A stretch of 34,541 nucleotides of DNA from Defluviitaleaceae bacterium. Its GTDB lineage: Bacteria > Bacillota > Clostridia > Lachnospirales > WRAX01. Shown here in pieces: positions 18,651 through 27,097 of this stretch. The stretch is taken from assembly GCA_009787945.1 (NCBI GenBank), contig WQSI01000003.1, positions 1 through 34,541 of the forward strand. Reading direction: 5' to 3'. The notes beneath the pieces are model-generated. The model made no database searches, was not told the origin of the DNA, and was given only the letters and a program-made list of their open reading frames with translations. The position numbers and the translations under genes are program-made. Within the stretch, counting starts at the first letter, position 1, and each line of letters starts with the position of its first letter.

Positions 18651-20309
18651 ATTTACACAGCATTATACAGAAAACTGCGCCCTACCACTTTTGGGGCTGT
18701 GGTGGGACAACAACATATTGTAAAAACTTTAACAAACCAGATAATTAATGGGCGGATTAGCCACGCCTATCTTTTTTGCGGCGTGCGGGGAACAGGCAAA
18801 ACCAGCTGCGCCAAAATTTTTGCCCGAGCCGTAAATTGCATAAACCCCCAGAATGGTGAGGCTTGCGGGGCTTGCCCTTCTTGTGTGGAAATTGCCCGTG
18901 GCGCAAGCCTTGATGTTGTGGAGATTGACGCGGCAAGCAACAATGGGGTGGACAATATCCGTGATTTGCGGGAGGAGGTGCGCTATCCTCCCAGCGGCAA
19001 ATACAAGGTGTATATAATTGACGAGGTTCACATGTTGTCAACAGGGGCTTTCAACGCCTTGTTAAAAACTTTGGAAGAGCCGCCGCCCCATGTTATTTTT
19101 ATTTTAGCAACCACCGACCCCCAAAAAATCCCTGCCACAATACACAGCCGTTTGATGCGGTTTGACTTTCACCGTATTAGTCAAGCTGATATGGGTGCGG
19201 CATTGGCGGGCTACACGGCAGAGGAAGGAATAAGAATTTCTCCTGATGCCTTGGACTATGTTGTTCAAATATCTGATGGCGGTATGCGTGACGCTCTAAG
19301 TCTGTTGGACAGATTGGCAGGTTTATACTACGACCAAGAAATAACCTTTGCAGGCGCGCTGGAAGTAACAGGCAGCATGAGCCAAGATGTTTTTATTGAT
19401 TTGTTTAATGCCTTAATAAACAGCGACCCATCAGCATCCCTAGCCATAATTGAGGACATATCCGCAAAAGGTCGGGATTTTGCCCAATTTGCCGAAGAAT
19501 TTCTTGGGCACCTGCGCAATATGATGATAAACGCAGTATCTGAGGGCAAAAACGACCATTTGCCGCATTTTGTTCCCATGATAACCCATTTTGCCAAAAC
19601 AATCCGAAATATAAAGCAAGCGGGGTCAAATGCCCGCCTTACCCTTGAAGTTGCCTGTATAGAATACCAACTGGCAACCTCCGAGCCTTCGTCGGGGGCA
19701 GTCATTACCCGCCCAAGCTCGCCTAAGCCCATTGCCCAAACGCCTACCCCCCAACCAAAACCTGAACCACCAAAACCAACCCCGCCCCCCGCGGCAGATG
19801 ACATGCCCCCTTGGGATGACATACCATGGCAGGACGATATAATGCCCCATGACCCACCACAAAAGCCCACACCGCCCGAAATAATCCCCCCTCCTGCCGA
19901 CCCGCCGCCCCAGCCCCAAACCCATACAACACCAACAACCACTGACCGCCCGCCCCACATACAAAACGCAATAAACAATTGGACGGTTTTCGCAGGGGAG
20001 CTAAAGCCCCCAACCCTTGCCGCCTACGCAAAAAAAGCCCAAGCAGGCTGGCTTGATGACGGCAATTTTTACCTAATTTTCAGCGAAACAGACGCAATCG
20101 CTAAAAACTCCTTGTCCTCCCGTGTAGGTGACTTGGCAGATAGGCTGTCAAAAGCCTTTGGCAACGCCTTCCAAATCATTTTAATTAGCAAAGCAGACTT
20201 CGACAAGCAAAAAGAAGCCAAATTCGGCAAACCCGAAGCCGACCCCCAGTGGGAGGCAGATTTGGCAGAGCTTAAATCCCTAATAAATTTTGATATTAGG
20301 GTAGTATAA
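18651..20309 (+). CDS. dnaX: DNA polymerase III subunit gamma/tau (start uncertain, probably ATT at 18651)
   Basis: YTALYRKLRP, GVRGTGKTS, EIDAASNNGVD, IIDEVHMLS, LLKTLEEPP; Pro-rich linker. Confidence 0.93.
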   Translation: MYTALYRKLRPTTFGAVVGQQHIVKTLTNQIINGRISHAYLFCGVRGTGKTSCAKIFARAVNCINPQNGEACGACPSCVEIARGASLDVVEIDAASNNGVDNIRDLREEVRYPPSGKYKVYIIDEVHMLSTGAFNALLKTLEEPPPHVIFILATTDPQKIPATIHSRLMRFDFHRISQADMGAALAGYTAEEGIRISPDALDYVVQISDGGMRDALSLLDRLAGLYYDQEITFAGALEVTGSMSQDVFIDLFNALINSDPSASLAIIEDISAKGRDFAQFAEEFLGHLRNMMINAVSEGKNDHLPHFVPMITHFAKTIRNIKQAGSNARLTLEVACIEYQLATSEPSSGAVITRPSSPKPIAQTPTPQPKPEPPKPTPPPAADDMPPWDDIPWQDDIMPHDPPQKPTPPEIIPPPADPPPQPQTHTTPTTTDRPPHIQNAINNWTVFAGELKPPTLAAYAKKAQAGWLDDGNFYLIFSETDAIAKNSLSSRVGDLADRLSKAFGNAFQIILISKADFDKQKEAKFGKPEADPQWEADLAELKSLINFDIRVV

Positions 20310-20310
20310 A

Positions 20311-21507
20311 TCAAGGCCAATGGGTCACTTGCAAAGTCAAGTGACCTTCTTGTTTGTTTACAAAAAAGTCGCCGTTTAGGCGGTTAAGAACTTGGGCGAT
20401 GGGGAGCATTTGTCCTTCAAAAGGCACATAGAAACTTCCCTCGCGGGAAATGGCGTGGTTTGGGTGATGCAGGGTGATATTGCCGCGGCGGGGATGGGGT
20501 GCTGTGGGCATTTGGCTGATAAAGCGCGGGTTTGCGGCGGCTTCCCTGTATGCATCCCGCAGGATAGGGCTTGTGTTAAGGCTGTAAATATGCCCCGACT
20601 CCCCGCGGTCGCTGTAATTTCGGTATATTATGGCGCGTATGCGGTGGTGGCGTTCTAATAAATCATAAATCTGGGTTAATTTGTCTGATGCTTGGGCAGG
20701 AAAATGGCTGTTACTTTCTGGGGAATGGTGGCTGATGGCGGTAGACAGCATAAGGGGGGCTGCACGGTGGAACATTCCATAAAATATGCCTAAAGTTTCG
20801 CTAAAATCTCCAAAAGTTCCGTCGGTGGCAACGTGATTATATGCAGTTAGCTTAATCCAATCTAAAAAGCCCTCTCCTGGGTAGAAATGCTTGGCGTGGG
20901 CTAGGTTGTGGGTATCAATTCCCCAAACTAGAGCAACATTGGGGGCTTGTTGCTCAAAAATACCTCTGGCGTGGCGAAAAAAATTCACATGTTCCAAGGG
21001 CAGAAAACCGTGACCTGTGCGGATTGGGTAAAGCTCTACAAAAGTTGGCACATTAAACATCCCTGCATATCGGGCAAAGGTTTCCAGGGCTTCAAAGTCA
21101 AACATTTCCGCGTCTTGTGGAGGATGCAGGGTGATTAGGGGGGTGCTGTGGTTTGCGATATTATCTAGCACCCAACGAAGTGGGAAGGGTTCCCCAAGGC
21201 GCATGGTGTGGGCAAAAATTCCGTGTTCCACCTGCATATAATCTTGAAAACTTCTAATATCTCCGCCAGAAACGGCATCACGGGCAATATACGCCCCTAA
21301 AAGCACCCCTTCTGCCCTTTCAAACCGCCCAAAGGGCTGGTTTAGCATTTCAATTATAAAATCCAAATAAACAACCTCGCCCTCACCAGGGGGAAGGGGT
21401 TCGTATTCGGTCATAGCGAACACTGGGGCATATTCTTCGGTAACGCTAGGTTCGCCGCCACATGCCGCAAGCAAAAACAAGATAAATCCTAAAATTAAAA
21501 AGCGCAT
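20311..21507 (-). CDS. Lipoprotein with a degenerate glycoside-hydrolase (GH26-like) barrel
   Basis: Lipobox LAAC after ATG at 21507 (RBS GAGGTGAGG); APNVALVW and FYPGEGFLDWI recall GH26. Confidence 0.65.
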   Translation of the reverse strand: MRFLILGFILFLLAACGGEPSVTEEYAPVFAMTEYEPLPPGEGEVVYLDFIIEMLNQPFGRFERAEGVLLGAYIARDAVSGGDIRSFQDYMQVEHGIFAHTMRLGEPFPLRWVLDNIANHSTPLITLHPPQDAEMFDFEALETFARYAGMFNVPTFVELYPIRTGHGFLPLEHVNFFRHARGIFEQQAPNVALVWGIDTHNLAHAKHFYPGEGFLDWIKLTAYNHVATDGTFGDFSETLGIFYGMFHRAAPLMLSTAISHHSPESNSHFPAQASDKLTQIYDLLERHHRIRAIIYRNYSDRGESGHIYSLNTSPILRDAYREAAANPRFISQMPTAPHPRRGNITLHHPNHAISREGSFYVPFEGQMLPIAQVLNRLNGDFFVNKQEGHLTLQVTHWP

Positions 21508-21579
21508 AAACCTCACCTCTAAAACATTATCTCCTTTTTTTGCCAGTGTATACCATTTCACACTATATAAAATTTACAG

Positions 21580-21608
21580 TTGAAATTTGTCTTTAAATGA
21601 TGTATAAT
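21580..21608 (+). promoter_or_regulatory. Sigma-A promoter
   Basis: TTGAAA-17 bp-TATAAT. Confidence 0.7.
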
Positions 21609-21639
21609 GGTAATATCATTTAAAGAAGGATGGGATTGA

Positions 21640-24345
21640 GTGAAAAACTTTTACACAGGTTTAAAGTTAAGAACCAAGATTTTGTTTGGTTTTGGTGTGG
21701 TTTCGGTAATTATGCTTTTTATGATTGGCTTCGCAATTATCGGTTTACAAGGGATTATAAACTCCCACGAAAACCTTGCTGAAGGTCACTTTTTACGGCG
21801 GGATACGAGGTTTGACTACCGCCATGCTTTTGAGGCAATGCAGCGTCACACCTATGCAATGATAACATACGCAGGCATTGGTGAGCAGCAAAACATCACA
21901 ATTTCCTACGGAAACGCAAGGCAGGCTCTGCAAGATGCGCTGGATTCCCTGGCGGCTTATAATGACCTTGTGTATAGGGATGACGACATACCCCAACATG
22001 AAAAAGAGTTGCGTTGGAGAACTTCCAGTCAGGTGGCTGACATTTTGTGGGTCTATTATGAAAATATTATTTATATTGTTTATCAGCGTGCATTGGTCGG
22101 CGATATGGTCGGCGGTGTACAGGCAATAAGAGATGGCGGAGTAATTTCAGACGACCTTCACGGGGTTAATGAAACTTTAAACGGCATCTCTGATGTTTGG
22201 ATTACAGGAATTGAGGACAGAAACGAGAATAATCAACAGGCAACCTATGTTGGTATTGTGATTGCCCTTGTGCTTATTATTGTCGCAACCACGGTAATTA
22301 CAATGGTTACGACGGGGGCTATTAGCAAGCCTGTCCGCAGGCTCTCCCAATATGCCATGTTTCTTTCCCAGGGCGATATTAACAAAATCACCATCAGTCC
22401 AACAAGTCGCAGGGACGAAATTTCGGTTCTTTTTAATAACTTTTCTGCCACGGTGGACACTCTTAAATCCCTTACAAACGACCTTAACAGCCTTTCTCAC
22501 GAATTTACGGTAATTGGCGATATAGATTTTAGAATCGACGCAAACAAATACCAAAATTCTTTCAAGGATTTGATGGTGGGTGTCAATGGCATCGTGGATG
22601 CCCAGTCTAGGGAAACTTTGGAGGTTATTAACACTCTAAACAGCATAGCAAGCGGTAATTTTGACGTTGACGTTAAAGATTTGCCTGGCAAAAAAGCGAT
22701 TTTGCCAAAATCCCTGAGAGCCATTTTATCCGCCTTGGAAGATTTTTACAACGAAATGTCTGAGCTTGCTGAAAACGCTAGAGAAGGCAAGCTGAACAAA
22801 AGGGTTAACGAATCAAAATTTGAAGGCAATTGGGAGGACTTGGCAAAAAGCCTGAACAAGCTTTTGGTTGCTGTTGCCGAGCCTTTTGAAGAAATTACTG
22901 ATGTGATGCATTCTTTGCAAGAAGGTGACTTTAGACAAAGGGTGGAAACCCAGTACAAAGGCGTGTTTAAAGACATGGCAGACACCTTAAACGCCACATT
23001 AGAGCAAACTTCTGCCTATATTGATGAGTTGGACAATATTTTGGCAGAAATGTCAAGGGGTAATTTACAAGGGAAAATTGAGCGGGAATATGTTGGCTCT
23101 TTTGACCTTATCAAGCGCTCTATAAACTCTATTTTGGCGCGCCTAAACACAACAATGGACGATATTGGTGCGGTTGCTGTTGGTGTTTCAAGCGGTGCTA
23201 CGCAGCTTTCTGTGGCGGCATCTTCTTTATCCATTGGTGTTGACAAACAGGTGGTGTCTATGGCAGAGCTTTCTGAAGGAATTGAAGGGATTGACACCCA
23301 GTCTAAAGAAAATGCCGAAAACGCCCAGAAGGCAGCAAATTGGGCTGAAATCTCCAAAAAGGACGCAGAGGCGGGCAACCAAGAAATGCATCAACTTTTG
23401 GAAGCCATGGCAAGCATTGCAGATTTTATTGACAAAATAAGCAACATCAACAAAACAATTGATGATATTGCCTTCCAAACCAACCTCCTTGCTCTTAACG
23501 CCAGCGTTGAAGCGGCAAGGGCTGGAGAACACGGCAAGGGCTTCGCCGTGGTGGCAGACGAGGTGCGCACCCTTGCCAACAGAAGCGGAGAAGCAGCAAG
23601 GGAAGCAGAAGAGCTGATGCAAGCAACCATTGACAGCATTGGACAAGGGCGCAAAAAAGCAAACGACACAGCAGAAAGCCTTGACAAAATAGTAAGCAAT
23701 GTGGTTGATGTGTTTGGGGTTGTGGGCAACATTTATGAGGCATCCTTGCGCCAAACCGAAGCCATCAGCCAAATAAATAATGGGCTTGGAAGGATAAACT
23801 CTGTAATTCAAAACGAAATGGCAGCAAGTAAGGACACTGCAAATTCTGCCGAAGAGCTAGACGACCAAGTAAACATCTTAAAGGAAAAGCTCGGCTTTTT
23901 CCAAACCCGCCTTGCTATGCCAAAGTTGTCTGATGTGTTGAACCAATCCGCATCAGAATCGCCGCGGATAAAAGGCTTTGAAGGCGTTGCCCATTCTTTG
24001 AAAGCATACAAAGCAGGGGAAATTATTGTGCATGAAGGCGAAAAGGACAGCAGAAGCATGTACTTCATAACCAGCGGCGTTGTAAATGTATGCAAGTTTT
24101 ATGGTAAACCCAATGAAGTCGAGCTTGCTAAGCTAAAGGAGGGGGATTTGTTCGGTGAAATGTCCCTATTCCTTAACGAGCCAAGAACGGCTACCGTGGT
24201 TGCCCTTGGCGATGTTTCCGTCATAGAAGTCAGCGAAAGCGACATGAACGAATTTATGGACAAAAAGCCCGAAATTGCCCTTAATGTTATCCAAACATTG
24301 TGCGTAAGATTAAGAAATACAATGAGTGTGCTTGAGAATTACTAA
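21640..24345 (+). CDS. Methyl-accepting chemotaxis protein (poly-HAMP) with a C-terminal cNMP-binding domain
   Basis: Two TM helices, repeated HAMP-like units, IAFQTNLLALNASVEAARAGEHGKGFAVVADEVRTLA, then GEIIVHEGE...GDLFGEMSLFLNEPRTATVVA. Confidence 0.92.
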   Translation: MKNFYTGLKLRTKILFGFGVVSVIMLFMIGFAIIGLQGIINSHENLAEGHFLRRDTRFDYRHAFEAMQRHTYAMITYAGIGEQQNITISYGNARQALQDALDSLAAYNDLVYRDDDIPQHEKELRWRTSSQVADILWVYYENIIYIVYQRALVGDMVGGVQAIRDGGVISDDLHGVNETLNGISDVWITGIEDRNENNQQATYVGIVIALVLIIVATTVITMVTTGAISKPVRRLSQYAMFLSQGDINKITISPTSRRDEISVLFNNFSATVDTLKSLTNDLNSLSHEFTVIGDIDFRIDANKYQNSFKDLMVGVNGIVDAQSRETLEVINTLNSIASGNFDVDVKDLPGKKAILPKSLRAILSALEDFYNEMSELAENAREGKLNKRVNESKFEGNWEDLAKSLNKLLVAVAEPFEEITDVMHSLQEGDFRQRVETQYKGVFKDMADTLNATLEQTSAYIDELDNILAEMSRGNLQGKIEREYVGSFDLIKRSINSILARLNTTMDDIGAVAVGVSSGATQLSVAASSLSIGVDKQVVSMAELSEGIEGIDTQSKENAENAQKAANWAEISKKDAEAGNQEMHQLLEAMASIADFIDKISNINKTIDDIAFQTNLLALNASVEAARAGEHGKGFAVVADEVRTLANRSGEAAREAEELMQATIDSIGQGRKKANDTAESLDKIVSNVVDVFGVVGNIYEASLRQTEAISQINNGLGRINSVIQNEMAASKDTANSAEELDDQVNILKEKLGFFQTRLAMPKLSDVLNQSASESPRIKGFEGVAHSLKAYKAGEIIVHEGEKDSRSMYFITSGVVNVCKFYGKPNEVELAKLKEGDLFGEMSLFLNEPRTATVVALGDVSVIEVSESDMNEFMDKKPEIALNVIQTLCVRLRNTMSVLENY

Positions 24346-24346
24346 A

Positions 24347-24389
24347 CAAAAAACCGAACCCACTTATTCACAGGGGGTTCGGTTTTTTG
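24347..24389. terminator. Bidirectional intrinsic terminator
   Basis: 15-bp stem CAAAAAACCGAACCC / GGGTTCGGTTTTTTG between convergent genes. Confidence 0.85.
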
Positions 24390-24398
24390 GTATTCTGC

Positions 24399-25046
24399 TT
24401 AATCGTTGTTGGACAACCTAATCAAGTCGCCCAGAGTGAGGGTTAATTGATTGTTGTGGTCTAAACTTACCAATGTTTCGTCGCCCATTAATTCACCTGC
24501 TTCAAAGGCACTTATAAGCCCATCTTCTTGAGCCGATAAACTCATCAAAGCAGGCGTTATAAGATACGCGCTTTGTGAGGGGTTGGAAAGTTGCATTGGG
24601 TAAGCTTTGCCATTACTATTGTCGTGCAGGAAAAGCACAATTTCTTCACCGACAGGCAGAGGGTTCGTTGGCGTTATCATTTCCATAACACCTTCAATCT
24701 TGCCTCCCATCCTCCAAACTTCTCTAGCTTCTCCTGCCGTCATATTGCCCCGAAACACTTCCATAACTTGAAATCTGTAGATGGTAAACACGGCATATCT
24801 TTCCAGATATGGGTCATCCAGAAATTCTCCAGCATAAATATCAACCATTTCACTTCTTTCGTCTAAAATCTGAACACGGGCAACATGGGGCGCAAATGTA
24901 AAAATTTGCCCAATTTCAGAGAAGCTCATATAGTCAAAAGATGCGTATGACCTTTCCGTCACCACATCTGACGCATATCCGCCACATCCAGCAAAAACCA
25001 CAAGAGAGCAAAGGGTCAGTATTGTCAGTATAACAATCTTTTTCAT
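24399..25046 (-). CDS. Hypothetical lipoprotein
   Basis: MKKIVILTILTLCSLVVFAGC lipobox; RBS AAGGAGG. Confidence 0.8.
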   Translation of the reverse strand: MKKIVILTILTLCSLVVFAGCGGYASDVVTERSYASFDYMSFSEIGQIFTFAPHVARVQILDERSEMVDIYAGEFLDDPYLERYAVFTIYRFQVMEVFRGNMTAGEAREVWRMGGKIEGVMEMITPTNPLPVGEEIVLFLHDNSNGKAYPMQLSNPSQSAYLITPALMSLSAQEDGLISAFEAGELMGDETLVSLDHNNQLTLTLGDLIRLSNND

Positions 25047-25090
25047 GTGAACATCCTCCTTTTTAACTTGGACAAACGCAACCAAAATAC

Positions 25091-25133
25091 AACAAAAACC
25101 GAGTTTCCAAAGGCGGTTGCTCGGTTTTTTGTT
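25091..25133 (-). terminator. Intrinsic terminator after the MATE gene
   Basis: AAAAACCGAG / CTCGGTTTTT stem. Confidence 0.7.
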
Positions 25134-25139
25134 TGGGTG

Positions 25140-26510
25140 TTATGCGGTTACTTCCTCGATAATTTCATCCTCTTTCGGCAGTTTTTTCATGTTAATGAAA
25201 TGCCAAACCAGAAGCCAAACGCTGCGCACCGTCATGGCGATGGCAATTGCCACCCACACGCCGTCGATGCCGAGGGCTGTTGCGGCAAGGGCAAAGACCA
25301 GAAGCACGCGGATAATGTTGCTGGAAACACTTGCGATTGTGGGCTTCATGGTTAGGCCGCGTCCGCGGAAGCTGCCTGCTGCAACGCCTTCCATGCAAAA
25401 TAGGATTTGCGCTGGGGCAAGTATGCGCAGGTAATTGGCGGCAATGCGTATGCTTTCGTCGTTGTTAAGGAACAAGGACACGAAGGCTTCCGCGCCGAAA
25501 AACAGCACCCCTGCGATGAAAATGCCGTAAATGCCCATAAAAATGTAGGCAACCCGCACAGTGCGCCGCACCCGACCCCACTTTTTCGCGCCATAGTTTT
25601 GACCGATAAAGGCGGTGATGGCAGACGCAAAGCCGCCGCCTATCATAAAGGACAGGCTTTCCACCCTCATGCCAACCTGGTGACCTGGCACGGCATAATC
25701 CCCAAAACTGACGATTACAAAAGTCATTAGCATAAAGGAGAAGTTAAACAGCAGGTTTTCCAGGGCAACAGGTGCGCCCCAACGGGATATTTGGCTCATT
25801 TTGCCTCTTATAATGCGTCCTAGTGGTTTAAAGCCTTCAAAAGGTTTGTCTTTGTATTTCGTCATTGCCCACAGTTTTGCGGACATGTTGAATACGTTGG
25901 AAACTATAAGGCTTACAGCTGCACCAACCATGCCCATGTCTAGCACGAAAATAAACACAGGGGCAAGACCTATGTTAAGGGCAAGGGCGGCAGAATTAAT
26001 GATAAATGGCACACGGGTGTTTCCGAAGCCGCTAAAAATTCCTGTTATTACAAAATGCCCGAAGGTGAAAGGTATAGCAATTGCGGCAACACTTAGGAAG
26101 TGGGCGGCCCGCTCTGCCACATATGGGTTTTCGATGTTTAAAAGCCCTAGCAAAGGGTGGCGCAGGGTTATTAAAAGTATAGAGAAAAACGCACCTGACA
26201 CAAGTGCCAGCATAAAGCCATTTTGTGCAAATGCTTTAGCGGCATCCTTGTCACCCTTGCCCATGTTTTGGCTAACGCCAATTTCCGCTCCTATGCGGCA
26301 TAGCATGATGAGGGAAAAGGATAGCCATACAAATTGGTTGGCAAGCCCAGCCGCCGCCAGATACTCCTCACCCAGGCGGGATAACCAAAACATATTGGTC
26401 ATGTCATAAGCGGACTGGAATAAGCTGGTTGCCATAATGGGCAGGCTTAATTTTAAAAGCTTTTTAAATATCGGTCCTCTAGTTAAATCATATTTGGTTG
26501 TTTTGCTCAA
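25140..26510 (-). CDS. MATE family efflux transporter
   Basis: DLTRGPIFKKLLKLSLPI, FIGQNYGAKK, about 12 TM segments. Confidence 0.93.
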   Translation of the reverse strand: MSKTTKYDLTRGPIFKKLLKLSLPIMATSLFQSAYDMTNMFWLSRLGEEYLAAAGLANQFVWLSFSLIMLCRIGAEIGVSQNMGKGDKDAAKAFAQNGFMLALVSGAFFSILLITLRHPLLGLLNIENPYVAERAAHFLSVAAIAIPFTFGHFVITGIFSGFGNTRVPFIINSAALALNIGLAPVFIFVLDMGMVGAAVSLIVSNVFNMSAKLWAMTKYKDKPFEGFKPLGRIIRGKMSQISRWGAPVALENLLFNFSFMLMTFVIVSFGDYAVPGHQVGMRVESLSFMIGGGFASAITAFIGQNYGAKKWGRVRRTVRVAYIFMGIYGIFIAGVLFFGAEAFVSLFLNNDESIRIAANYLRILAPAQILFCMEGVAAGSFRGRGLTMKPTIASVSSNIIRVLLVFALAATALGIDGVWVAIAIAMTVRSVWLLVWHFINMKKLPKEDEIIEEVTA

Positions 26511-26577
26511 AATAAAAATCCCCTTTCGTTGATAGTTTCATTCTATCACATGTGGGGATTTATGTCAAGGGCGTTCG

Positions 26578-27072
26578 CTATACCCCGAATTTGACTATCT
26601 TATTTTGTTTTTTGGTTTCTGGAACATCAATGACCCGCTGATTTGCAGAGCCGCAGAACCGCAGGCTAATATCCCGCTGTTCGTGATGATATTTCCCGTC
26701 TATGAGGATGTGGCAAAGGTCTAGCAGTGCCAATTTGTCGGGGTCGCTTTCTGCCATTAACTCTTCATAGGTGTAACCTGTGTAGCAAACCACATCAAGC
26801 CCTAAATCTCGGGCGGCGCGAGCCACCTCGACAAGCTCGGCAGACTGCAAAAAGGGTTCACCCCCAGAAAGGGTTATGCCTTTTTTGGTTTTGGCTTCTT
26901 TGCGCAACATTCGGATGATTTCTTTAGTTGTAAATTCTTTACCCCCATCTATAGGCCAGCTTTCGGGGTTGTGGCAGCCTTTGCAACCATGGGGGCAGCC
27001 CTGGGTGAAAATTACAAAACGAAGCCCAGGGCCGTCCACGGTGCTTTCGGGGGAAATTCCCGATAAACGCAT
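26578..27072 (-). CDS. nrdG: Anaerobic ribonucleotide reductase activase
   Basis: DGPGLRFVIFTQGCPHGCKGCHNP, LSGGEP, GSANQR. Confidence 0.95.
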   Translation of the reverse strand: MRLSGISPESTVDGPGLRFVIFTQGCPHGCKGCHNPESWPIDGGKEFTTKEIIRMLRKEAKTKKGITLSGGEPFLQSAELVEVARAARDLGLDVVCYTGYTYEELMAESDPDKLALLDLCHILIDGKYHHEQRDISLRFCGSANQRVIDVPETKKQNKIVKFGV

Positions 27073-27097
27073 TTTTATTTCCCCCTTTCAATGGAAA

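Noticed and set aside
19328-19978. Gly-rich 216-aa antisense ORF
   Set aside because: It is the mirror of the Pro-rich DnaX linker.
20030-20060. dnaX -1 frameshift signal (A AAA AAA, with a stop a few codons later in the -1 frame)
   Set aside because: It is not the A AAA AAG heptamer, there is no properly spaced upstream SD, and the downstream stem is only 5 bp.
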